Shown in pieces: positions 39,248 to 48,262 of a stretch of DNA of 64,000 nucleotides (positions are counted from its first letter, which is position 1; the number at the start of each line of letters is the position of its first letter). The stretch is from Alphaproteobacteria bacterium (GTDB taxonomy: Bacteria; Pseudomonadota; Alphaproteobacteria; Caedimonadales; UBA1908): assembly GCA_013911655.1 (NCBI GenBank), contig JACESU010000001.1, positions 897,152-961,151 of the forward strand. The letters are read 5' to 3'. Both the position numbers and the translations under genes were made by a program. Under the pieces are notes generated by a model. The model saw only the letters and a list, made by a program, of their open reading frames with translations, did no database searches and had not been told where the DNA came from.

Positions 39248-40263
39248 ATGCGCCCAAAAGAACAGCACCAAATAAGAATCAGTAGCCCTGAAACTCTCCC
39301 ATACGCGCAAATTGAGCGTGATCTAAAGGATGGTCACCACGCGATCCTTCAATTTGTTGAGCACACCTATACAGATTCTTTGTTGAGCGAGATCAATCAT
39401 CTTTGCGCAAAATACGATAAGAATTTTGGGGTACGTTTCTATGGCCATTACTCGCATTGCTTTGATTGCGACACATTACTAGTATTCCTGATGTAAAGTG
39501 CCTTTATGTGGATTGCTTACAACGCGCCGTCAACACTCAATCTTTGGCCAATCTTAAGGCGTTGCAAAAACCCAGTATCGGCATATATACCTTAGACGAT
39601 AAAGAAATTCTAAATTTTGAAAATTTTAAGAACCTTGAAAGTCTTATTCTTGTAGATACGAAAACAAAATCTCTTAACCTTGACTATCTCAAAAACTATA
39701 AAATCTTAAATTTCTGATCATAGAGGGGCACTCAAAAAACATCGAGGCGATTGGCGCGCTTTCGAAACTCCAATTTTTATCTCTGAATTCTGTAAAAAAA
39801 GCTCCTGTTACTTTTGTGAATAACCTTCAAAATTGAAAACATTTAACCTTTTCTTAGGAAGCAGAGATAAACTCCATGAAATCGGCGAGAATCAAATTGA
39901 ACATCTTAAACTTGTACGTGTTCGAGGATTCAATGATCTAGGCAAAATTAAAAGATTTCAAAACCTAAAAATCTTACACTTAGAAGATCAGATCCAAATC
40001 AGTGTTTGATTTTTAATGATAAATTATCGCACCTCGAAGAGTTAGAAATCATAACCTGTAGATCCCTCGAAACGTTTGAGGGACTCAAACATCTCCCTCG
40101 CTTACGCAAAATACACATCTATGACACAAAGATAGACTTTTCTGAATTTATGTCTCAAAAAATGCCGCCTTCATTACAAACTCTGTCTTTTCACACTGGA
40201 AAATCTAAAATTGACTCGGAGATAGAGGAAAAAATTCAAGCACTTGGATACCAATTGAAATGA
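39248..40263 (+). pseudogene. leucine-rich-repeat protein gene disrupted by several frameshifts and stops
   Basis: ORF fragments 39248..39496, 39466..39717 and 40006..40263, plus the broken stretch between them, can be joined by frame-hopping into one ~335-aa LRR protein (LKNLESLILVD, LSKLQFLSLNS, FQNLKILHLED, LSHLEELEIITC, LKHLPRLRKIHIY). AT-rich. Confidence 0.75.
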
Positions 40264-40368
40264 CATAGCTATTTCATAAGATTTTATATTTTCTCTCCTC
40301 AATCCGTTTGACTGCAAAAACGTCGATGCTATAACTAATCAAGATGACAAAAGATCAATACACTCAAG

Positions 40369-40860
40369 ATGGCACCTGCCCCAATCCGACCCGATAACAA
40401 GCCGCACGCACAGGACTGGCATCCAGAGACGCTTTTAAAAACCCTCCTTGGAAAATGGTACTTCACACGCGAAATCCCCGGTCACGCCTCCATGAGAGGC
40501 GAAGCTGTTTTTGAGGAAACTACTGATCACTACACTCTTTACCGCGAAGAAGGGCAGCTTATTGCAGGTGACTATACCTCTTCCTTTTTTAAAGAATATC
40601 TCTTTGAAAAAGCGCCAGGGGGCTTTGCCGTTTACTTTAAAGAAGTACCAAAGAGGTTGTTTCACACAGTGATCCTAGAGCTTAATGACGATAGCCTATG
40701 GCACGGAAAAACCGAACATCAGTGTCTGTGTGATCACTATGCATCGGCGTACGTCTTTTTTGCGCGCGGCCAGTTCTCCATCACCCACCAAGTAAAGGGT
40801 CCCCGTAAAAATTATGAAATCAAAACCATCTATCAGCTAGAAGAGTCTTCTCAAAGATAG
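40369..40860 (+). CDS. hypothetical protein, possibly DUF6314-like beta-barrel
   Basis: LLGKWYFTREI...RGEAVFEE...YREEGQL...FAVYFKE...LFH resembles my recollection of DUF6314. This is unverified. Confidence 0.5.
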   Translation: MAPAPIRPDNKPHAQDWHPETLLKTLLGKWYFTREIPGHASMRGEAVFEETTDHYTLYREEGQLIAGDYTSSFFKEYLFEKAPGGFAVYFKEVPKRLFHTVILELNDDSLWHGKTEHQCLCDHYASAYVFFARGQFSITHQVKGPRKNYEIKTIYQLEESSQR

Positions 40861-40999
40861 CTAAGCCGCTCTGTCTGTAATCTTGATCCTCTTCCCCTCC
40901 TGCTCTTGTGATGATTTCTCCCAACATCCCTTACCCAAAGCCTTTTCATTTCATACCATTGAAGTATTCTATCAAAAGACTTTCGCACGAGACATCTTT

Positions 41000-41392
41000 A
41001 TGAAAACACTTGTTGAATTTAAATCTTCAAAATTTCCTCCGTATGACGGTGAAGAAGACGAAATAAACCCTGGCATTTGGGGGAAAAGGCTTGCGCAGTA
41101 TCTCACCACCCGCTTAGCGGATCATAATATCCATCTAACAGATATCATTGCAGAAGACTGGGGTTATTATCTCCCCCTTCAACACGCGCGCGCCAAAATC
41201 GCGCTTTGCTGCGCGAGTCAAGGCGGTGAGGACGAACAATTTGTGTGTTTCATTGATCCAAGAAAACCTAAAGTCAGACGTTTTTTTGGTAAGATTGATC
41301 TCAGACCTGATTACCAGAGGCTTTATGAGGCGCTCAGGGGCACGCTAGAAAGTGATCCCGATATTCTCGACATTGTGTGGCAAGATGCTTAA
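41000..41392 (+). CDS. hypothetical acidic cytoplasmic protein (130 aa)
   Basis: Start at ATG 41000 (MKTLVEFKSS); the ORF track begins at TTG 40883. I recognise no family. Confidence 0.5.
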   Translation: MKTLVEFKSSKFPPYDGEEDEINPGIWGKRLAQYLTTRLADHNIHLTDIIAEDWGYYLPLQHARAKIALCCASQGGEDEQFVCFIDPRKPKVRRFFGKIDLRPDYQRLYEALRGTLESDPDILDIVWQDA

Positions 41393-41431
41393 GTCATTGC
41401 GCTCAAGCATGCCTCTAGAAAGAAGCTTTTA

Positions 41432-42609
41432 ATGTCGCCAAAAGCACGCACCATTTCCCATACAAAAGGGGCTCTTCTCACACTATGTGTGGCGGTGCTG
41501 CTTCCCTCTTTCTGTTGATTACCGCGCGCCTTGCCCAGGGTGTGGGCGCTGCCATCTTGATGAGTCTTAGCGTGGCCTTGATCAGCCGGGTTGTTCCCAA
41601 AGAACGCATTGGCAGCGCTATGGGCCTTGTGGGGGCCACCTCTGCTGTGGGAACGGCTCTTGGTCCCTCCCTTGGCGGAGGCCTTCTTTACCTTTTTGGC
41701 TGGCAAGGGGTTTTTCTTATCCATGTCCCTTTAACGCTACTTTTTTTCCTCGCTTTTAAACACCTGGCGCCCCAAGAAGAACAACCCTTACATCTCAAGA
41801 AATCTTTTGATTACACAGGTACTTTTCTTTTAGCGACCTGCCTTGCCTCTTATGCCCTTCTCATGACCCTAGAGGAAACATTTTTTTGCAAAACAAATGC
41901 CTGTTTTCTTTTGACTTGCCTCATCAGTTTTGGCCTTTTCATCCTGACAGAACAAAAAGCGCGTTTCCCCTTGGTGCCCCTCGGCCTTTTTACCCAGTGT
42001 GCCTCCACAGGGCATCTGACCATGGGCATTGTGACCTCTGGGATTCTCATGACCAACCTTGTGGTGGGCCCCTATTATCTTACCCACGGGATGGGTCTTA
42101 GCACGCAGGTTATGGGGCTTGTTATGTCCTTTGGTCCCCTCATCGTGGTCATGACCGGTGTTCCTGCAGGACGGCTTGTGGATCGGTATGGTACAAAATC
42201 CCTAACCCTGGTAGGCCTGTTAAGTCTTAGTCTTGGGTCTTTTCTCTTAGCTCTCATCCCCGTCTCTTTTGGAATTCCGGGATATCTTGCACCTGTCACG
42301 CTCATTGCGGGGGGATACGCGCTTTTCCAAACAGCCAATAACACCGCACTCATGACTGATGTTATGGATCATGATCGGGGAATGATGTCGGGGCTTTTGA
42401 ACTTGTCTCGTTATCTTGGTCTCATGACCGGCGCTTGCGCCATGGGCGCAGTCTTTGCCTTTGCCACGGACACATCCCACATTGAAACAGCCCCCGCCCA
42501 GAATGTAGCCGTCGGCATGCACGCGACTTTTGCCGTCACAAGTATTTTGGGAGCTTGTATTGCGCTTTTGTTACTTTTACGCGGCTGGCTTCGGTCGCAA
42601 CCGCGTTAA
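41432..42609 (+). pseudogene. MFS transporter with an apparent internal deletion/frameshift removing TM1-TM3
   Basis: ATG 41432 encodes MSPKARTISHTKGALLTLCVAVLLPSFC* (an MFS-like N-terminus and start of TM1). The main ORF (41485..42609) opens in another frame at ...CGGAASLFLLITARLAQGVGAAILMS, a TM4-type MFS motif. About 70-80 residues appear to be missing. Confidence 0.6.
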
Positions 42610-42684
42610 AAGCGCGCGATCCCCTTATGTTTCATAGGATCAGGCTCCTCAATGATGACGGTAAAGCGCGTCCATCCCCAGATC

Positions 42685-43866
42685 CTAGCACCGCTCGATG
42701 GCCATGGCGACCCCTTGTCCCCCTCCTATACACAGGGACACAATGCCCTTTTGAAGCCCTTCGCGCGCCATGGCGTGGATAAGCCTTGTGGTCAGGATTG
42801 CACCCGTGGCGCCAATGGGATGGCCGTGGGCAACTGCGCCGCCCTCCACATTCACACGCGCCGCGTCAAGGTCAAGTTCTTTGATGACTGCCAAAGGCAC
42901 AGCCGCGTATGCTTCATTGATTTCAAAGCGGTCAACGTCTTCTAGGCGCCATCCAGCCCTTTGTAAAACAAGCCGAATGGCAGGGGCTGGTGCAATGCCA
43001 AAAAAACCAGGCTCAACAGCACTCACGGCGTATGCAAGAACCCATACGCTGGGAGAAAGCCCCTTGTCTTTAGCATTTTTCAGGGTCGTCACGACCATGG
43101 CGGCGGCTCCTGTATTAAGGCCTGGCGAGTTTCCTGCCGTCAGGCTTCCCTCTGGCCTGAAGGCCGCCTTTAGTTTTTGAAGGGCTTCAAGAGTTGTGTC
43201 GGGTCGGTTAGAGGTGTCATCGAAAATGAGCACCGTTCCTTTTTTCTCTTTTACCTTGATCCCTATGATTTCTTGACGAAAAAGACCTGACGCCTGGGCG
43301 CGTGCGAACCGCGCTTGAGAGTTGTACGCCCATAAATCTTGCTCTTCACGCGTGATCCTATACTTTGTAATGAGATCCTCGGTATGCCAGCCCGAGTGAT
43401 GGTCGGAAAACGCGTCGTGAAGACCGTCTCTGAGCATACTATCGTGCATGGAGGCGTCCCCCATGCGGTACCCCCAGCGCCCCCCTGGCACAAGGTAGGG
43501 CGCCATATCCATATTTTCCATACCGCCTGCAACCGCAAACTCTGATGTCCCTAGGGCGATCTCTTGCACGGCGTTAAAAACAGCCTGCAACCCAGAGCCG
43601 CATACACGGTTCACAGTCATGGCGGGCGTATGATGAGAAAGCCCGCCTTGCATCGCTGCTTGACGTGCAGGGTTCATCTTGTTACCGGCCTGTACAACGT
43701 TTCCCATAAAAACAGCGTCCACTTTTTCAGGCTCAAGACCTGCTCGTTTGACTGTTTCCCTGATGACAGCAGCGCCAAGTTCTGTGGCTGGAGCTTGTTT
43801 AAAAACACCGCCGTATGCGCCAATGGGGGTTCTGGTAGGTGCGACGAGAACAATATCTTTTAGCAT
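42685..43866 (-). CDS. acetyl-CoA C-acetyltransferase (thiolase II)
   Basis: ATG (rc) 43866 follows GGGAGA. Active-site NRVCGSGLQA, NEAYAAV, GAVAHGHPIGATG and CIGGGQG. Confidence 0.92.
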   Translation of the reverse strand: MLKDIVLVAPTRTPIGAYGGVFKQAPATELGAAVIRETVKRAGLEPEKVDAVFMGNVVQAGNKMNPARQAAMQGGLSHHTPAMTVNRVCGSGLQAVFNAVQEIALGTSEFAVAGGMENMDMAPYLVPGGRWGYRMGDASMHDSMLRDGLHDAFSDHHSGWHTEDLITKYRITREEQDLWAYNSQARFARAQASGLFRQEIIGIKVKEKKGTVLIFDDTSNRPDTTLEALQKLKAAFRPEGSLTAGNSPGLNTGAAAMVVTTLKNAKDKGLSPSVWVLAYAVSAVEPGFFGIAPAPAIRLVLQRAGWRLEDVDRFEINEAYAAVPLAVIKELDLDAARVNVEGGAVAHGHPIGATGAILTTRLIHAMAREGLQKGIVSLCIGGGQGVAMAIERC

Positions 43867-44033
43867 CTTATATCTCCCTTTTTTCTTTATTCTAAACCTA
43901 ATAAGCACCCCATGACCATGTTTGATACGCAAAAACGATCTTTTTTCTTAAGAACATACTCTTGACATATTTACCTTTTGTTAGGACTTTAAAGGATAAA
44001 ATCCCTTTTATTTTCATTTCAGGATGTTGTCAC

Positions 44034-45017
44034 GTGAAAGCTTTTTGTTATGAGACTGCTCACCCTTTAGAGGCGTTTGATCTAAAGGTACGTACGCTTA
44101 ATGATCCCGTGCCTGGTGACATGGATCTTCTCATAGATGTCAAAGCCTTTTCCTTGAATCCTGTGGACTATAAAATCAGACGTTCGAGAAACGGAACTTC
44201 TGATGATCCTGTGATTCTTGGATGGGACGCAGCCGGCATCGTCTTGAAAACAGGGAAAAACGTTAGCGGATTCAAAGAAGGGGACGCGGTCTTTTATGCA
44301 GGTGATCTGATGCGCCCCGGAAGCTACGCGAGCCGCCAAGCGGTCGACGCACGGCTTGTGGCCAAAAAACCAGAGCGTCTTTCCTTTGAAGAAGCCGCCG
44401 CTCTCCCTCTTACTGCCCTCACTGCCTGGGAAGCTCTTTTCGAGCGAGGGATTACCTATACGCCGCAAACTATTGTGCTGATTGTTGGGGGTGCGGGCGG
44501 CGTGGGTTCCATTGCCATTCAACTTTTAAAGGCCATCACACCCGCGACGGTCATCGTGACAGCCTCACGTCCAGAAACAAAAAACTGGGTCAAAAAAATG
44601 GGCGCCGATCATGTGATGGGACGGGATCTTGAGACGGAGCTAGCGCGCCTTGGCCAGCCCGAAGTCGACGTCATTTTTGCAACCACCCACACCAAGGATT
44701 ACGTATCTTTATATCCAAAAATTTTACGTCCCTTTGGCAATCTTTGCGTCATAGATGATCCTGAAACGCTTGATGTGGTCCCCTTTAAAGCAAAGGCCCA
44801 GTCCGTCCACTGGGAATTCATGTTTGCAAAATCCATGCACCAGTTTCGCCTCGAGAGTCAGGGACATATCCTCCAGAAAATCGCTCACCTCGTTCAAGAA
44901 AAACGTATTTTTTCAACTTTAACCAGGTCGTTAGAATCAACCCTTGATCAACTTAAAAAAGGACACAACTTTTTGGAAAACGGAAGTTCATGCGGAAAAA
45001 CCGTCATAATTTGGTAG
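44034..45017 (+). CDS. zinc-type alcohol dehydrogenase/quinone oxidoreductase family protein (MDR superfamily)
   Basis: The GTG 44034 start gives VKAFCYE.... NPVDYKIR, GWDAAG and the cofactor motif GGAGGVGSIAIQLLK. Confidence 0.82.
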   Translation: MKAFCYETAHPLEAFDLKVRTLNDPVPGDMDLLIDVKAFSLNPVDYKIRRSRNGTSDDPVILGWDAAGIVLKTGKNVSGFKEGDAVFYAGDLMRPGSYASRQAVDARLVAKKPERLSFEEAAALPLTALTAWEALFERGITYTPQTIVLIVGGAGGVGSIAIQLLKAITPATVIVTASRPETKNWVKKMGADHVMGRDLETELARLGQPEVDVIFATTHTKDYVSLYPKILRPFGNLCVIDDPETLDVVPFKAKAQSVHWEFMFAKSMHQFRLESQGHILQKIAHLVQEKRIFSTLTRSLESTLDQLKKGHNFLENGSSCGKTVIIW

Positions 45018-45213
45018 ACTTAGTTTATGCAACTACATGCAATACACAAATTAGAAGTTAGGGAGCCTAAATAAAGATACTATAAAATAAAATAAAAAAT
45101 ATTTAATTACTTGGCATAACTAGAAAATACTTACACTCTCTTCTTTATTGAAATATATTATTAACTTTCTTTCATTACTATTAAGAAATGTAGGGATTTT
45201 CTGGAGAAAAATA

Positions 45214-46515
45214 ATGAAAAAGTCTTTTGTGCTTTTTATGCTGATACTTGCTCTTTCACCGATGCAAGTATTTGCTGACGGCGCCCCTCCTGCGCCACAC
45301 ATCGACTCTGGCAACACTGCGTGGCTATTGATGTCTTCTGCCCTCGTGATGCTTATGACGCCGGGTCTTGCTTTCTTCTATGCTGGTATGGTGAATAAAA
45401 AGAATGTGGTTTCTACACTTCTTCAAAATTACATCGCCCTTGCTCTGGTTGGGCTGTTGTGGGTCATCATAGGCTATAGCTTGGTTTTTTCCGAAAAAAA
45501 CGGTTTCATTGGTGGTCTTGATTTTCTTTTTTTAAAAGGCCAAGTAGGTACCGTTTACGCAGCTGGCAACGTCCCTAACATGGCTTATATGGCCTTTCAG
45601 ATGATGTTTGCGATCATTACACCCGCCCTTATCACGGGTGCCTTTGCCGAACGTGTTAAGTTCAAAGGCTGGGTATTTATCATGGCACTTTGGAGTCTTC
45701 TTGTGTACGTTCCTGTGGCACATTGGGTTTGGGGACCAAAGGGGTGGATTGCTGAACTTGGAGGCATCGACTTTGCGGGTGGTCTTGTGGTGCATATCAC
45801 TGCAGGATTTTCGGGCCTTGTTGCCGCCCTTCTTTTTGGTAAACGGCACAATAAGTCTACGCATACAAAGCCCTATGACGTCTCTATGATTATGCTTGGT
45901 GCAGCCCTTCTTTGGTTTGGCTGGTTTGGATTTAACGCGGGGTCTGCCATCACCTCAGGTGCGTTGGCGGCTCATGCATTTGTGCTCACTTTTGTGGGCG
46001 CTGCCACAAGTTTTTTGGTCTGGATGCTTGTGGACTGGATCGTTACAGGAAAACCATCAGCCGTGGGTGCCGCAACTGGTATCGTCGTGGGACTTGTTTG
46101 TATCACGCCCGCAGCCGGCTTTGTTGAACTGGACGGCGCGATTATCATGTGCGCCATTGCCGGTGTTGTCTGTAACATTGCAGGCAGGCAAATCAAAAAG
46201 ATCAGCAGGCTTGATGATGCCCTTGACGTATTTACTTGTCACGGCATTGGTGCTGTTATTGGTTCCGTTATGACAGGCGCATATGCGTCAAAGCTCGTCA
46301 ATGACACAGTCACTGTTCAGGGTCTCTTTATAAGCGGCGAAACAAAAACTTTTATGGCTAACCTCATTGGTGTGATTGCCGTCTCTTTGTATTCTATGCT
46401 TGCAACTTACATCATCATCAAGATCGTCAATGTGTTCACCCCCATCAAGGCAACCATTGAAGAGCAGGATTCGGGACTCGACCACTCCATGCACGGCGAA
46501 CAAGCAAAAGACTGA
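45214..46515 (+). CDS. amtB: ammonium transporter AmtB
   Basis: Signal peptide MKKSFVLFMLILALSPMQVFA, then DSGNTAWLLMSSALVMLMTPGLAFFYAGM, DFAGGLVVHITAGFSGL and HGIGAVIGS. Confidence 0.93.
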   Translation: MKKSFVLFMLILALSPMQVFADGAPPAPHIDSGNTAWLLMSSALVMLMTPGLAFFYAGMVNKKNVVSTLLQNYIALALVGLLWVIIGYSLVFSEKNGFIGGLDFLFLKGQVGTVYAAGNVPNMAYMAFQMMFAIITPALITGAFAERVKFKGWVFIMALWSLLVYVPVAHWVWGPKGWIAELGGIDFAGGLVVHITAGFSGLVAALLFGKRHNKSTHTKPYDVSMIMLGAALLWFGWFGFNAGSAITSGALAAHAFVLTFVGAATSFLVWMLVDWIVTGKPSAVGAATGIVVGLVCITPAAGFVELDGAIIMCAIAGVVCNIAGRQIKKISRLDDALDVFTCHGIGAVIGSVMTGAYASKLVNDTVTVQGLFISGETKTFMANLIGVIAVSLYSMLATYIIIKIVNVFTPIKATIEEQDSGLDHSMHGEQAKD

Positions 46516-46522
46516 TTCGGTT

Positions 46523-46564
46523 GACTCTGTGGTGGGCATCTACATCGATATTCACCACAGAGTC
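46523..46564 (+). terminator. 12-bp perfect hairpin downstream of amtB
   Basis: GACTCTGTGGTG, an 18-nt loop, then CACCACAGAGTC, followed by TTAT. Confidence 0.45.
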
Positions 46565-46722
46565 TTATGATCATCCTATGTTTACAAGCAATCACTTTCA
46601 AAAAGGAATCTTATAAAAACAGATATAGTCTTCCCATCTCTTTTAAAGATAACAAATGGTCAATCTTATATTGAACACGATCCTCCATCATAAGGGGAAT
46701 CATTAGAAAAGAGGCAAATAAA

Positions 46723-48147
46723 ATGACAGATAGCACTGATATTAAAAAGTTTCTCAAAGATCTTTCAGAAACCAATACAGAGTTTGTTGATTTTAGATAC
46801 ACCGATATGACAGGGATGTGGCGTACCATTACCTATCATCAAAGTATTTTATCTGAATCCGTTTTTAACGACGGCATTATGTTTGACGGTTCCTCCATTC
46901 CAGGCTGGCGCGGCATTGAAAATTCTGACATGGTTTTAAGGCCAGATTTGTCTAAAGTTTATCAAGATGTTTATGCCGATCAACTCACCAAGGTTGTGAT
47001 TTGTGATGTCATCGATCCTGTCACGAATCAAGGGTATAGTAGAGATCCTCGAACCGTTGCAAAACGTGCAGAAGAATATCTCATGTCCACAGGCATTGGT
47101 GACAAGGCCTTTTACGGCCCAGAGCCTGAGTTCTTTGTCTTTGACGAAGTACAATTTAACGTTTCTCCTTTTGAGATTTTCGCCCAAATGCTTTCGAGGG
47201 AAACCACAGCCGCCCATGAAGGCGCGTTGTTTAGTTCTCACTTTGACCCCACCACAAGTGGTCAGAAAATCGACAAAGGTAAAGGTTATTGCCAGACTTC
47301 CCCTCTAGACCAGGGAACCAATATTCGCGGCCATATGCTCAGCGCCATGAAAGATGCTGGTCTTGTTGTGATCAAACATCACCACGAAGTGGGAACATCC
47401 CAGCATGAGCTTTCTTTCGAATACGATAAACTGACGCGTACGGCCGATAACTTGCAAATGTACAAGAATGTGGTGCGTGCAACTGCCTATGCCCAAGGAC
47501 AAACAGCTACCTTTATGCCCAAACCCATCTTTGACGAAAACGGATCCGGCATGCACGTTCACATGTCTGTGTGGAAGGGCGACACACCTTTATTCCTTGG
47601 AAATGAGTACTGTGATCTATCTAAGCTAGGGCTATACTTTATTGGTGGGATTCTCAAACACGCAAGGGCTCTCAACGCCTTTACAAACTCGACCACGAAC
47701 AGTTACAAGCGTCTTGTGCCTGGATATGAGGCTCCTGTCTACCTTGCCTATGCGGCCAATAACCGGTCTGCGGCCATCCGTATTCCACATGTGGAAAACA
47801 AGAAGGCCAAAAGAATCGAAGCTCGTTTTCCCGACCCACTGTCAAACCCATACTTTGCGTTCTCGGCCATGCTGATGGCGGGACTTGACGGCATCCAAAA
47901 CAAAATCATGCCAGGTGATCCTATGGAGTTTAACCTTTACAAAGACGAGTCTATACAAAAGAAAAGCATGTGCGGTTCCCTACGTGAAGCCCTTGAAGAG
48001 CTGAGTCGTGATCGGGACTTTCTTTTGAAAGGAAACGTCTTTGAAAGCGATCTTATTGATGCCTACATTGAACTTAAACTCAAAGAAGTCGCAGAGTTAG
48101 AGCGCCGCCCACACCCTGTGGAGTTTAGCCTTTATTACGCAAGATAA
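46723..48147 (+). CDS. glnA: glutamine synthetase type I
   Basis: FDGSSIPGW, GSGMHVHMS, NSYKRLVPGYEAP and an adenylylation-loop-like NLYKDES. Confidence 0.94.
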   Translation: MTDSTDIKKFLKDLSETNTEFVDFRYTDMTGMWRTITYHQSILSESVFNDGIMFDGSSIPGWRGIENSDMVLRPDLSKVYQDVYADQLTKVVICDVIDPVTNQGYSRDPRTVAKRAEEYLMSTGIGDKAFYGPEPEFFVFDEVQFNVSPFEIFAQMLSRETTAAHEGALFSSHFDPTTSGQKIDKGKGYCQTSPLDQGTNIRGHMLSAMKDAGLVVIKHHHEVGTSQHELSFEYDKLTRTADNLQMYKNVVRATAYAQGQTATFMPKPIFDENGSGMHVHMSVWKGDTPLFLGNEYCDLSKLGLYFIGGILKHARALNAFTNSTTNSYKRLVPGYEAPVYLAYAANNRSAAIRIPHVENKKAKRIEARFPDPLSNPYFAFSAMLMAGLDGIQNKIMPGDPMEFNLYKDESIQKKSMCGSLREALEELSRDRDFLLKGNVFESDLIDAYIELKLKEVAELERRPHPVEFSLYYAR

Positions 48148-48154
48148 TCTTAAA

Positions 48155-48191
48155 GAGAAGGGCGGGGGATCCCCGTCCTTCTCAAGTTTTT
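48155..48191 (+). terminator. rho-independent terminator after glnA
   Basis: 13-bp stem GAGAAGGGCGGGG / CCCCGTCCTTCTC (one G-T pair), 3-nt loop, then AAGTTTTT. Confidence 0.75.
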
Positions 48192-48262
48192 CCAACACAT
48201 ATCGCCCTGTTGCGCGCCGCACTTTCATAGGGCGCATGGACTCATTGTGTGTATACGACTTC

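Noticed and set aside
40884-40905. The polypyrimidine stretch ATCCTCTTCCCCTCCTGCT as a degenerate direct repeat of the tRNA-Ser 3' end (ATCCCTCTCCCTCCGCC), which would delimit a tRNA-linked islet spanning 39155-40905.
   Set aside because: The match needs gaps and is low-complexity (C/T only). No integrase is present, so chance similarity is more likely.
41389-41724. A 111-aa minus-strand ORF overlapping the 5' end of the MFS gene.
   Set aside because: It is a Lys/Gly/Ala/His-rich antisense translation of membrane-protein coding DNA, with no supporting signals.
45111-45127. The TTGGCATAACTAGAAAA sequence upstream of amtB as a sigma-54 (-24 GG / -12 GC) promoter.
   Set aside because: The -12 TTGC element is absent at the required 10-nt spacing. 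Only the TGGCA half-site matches.
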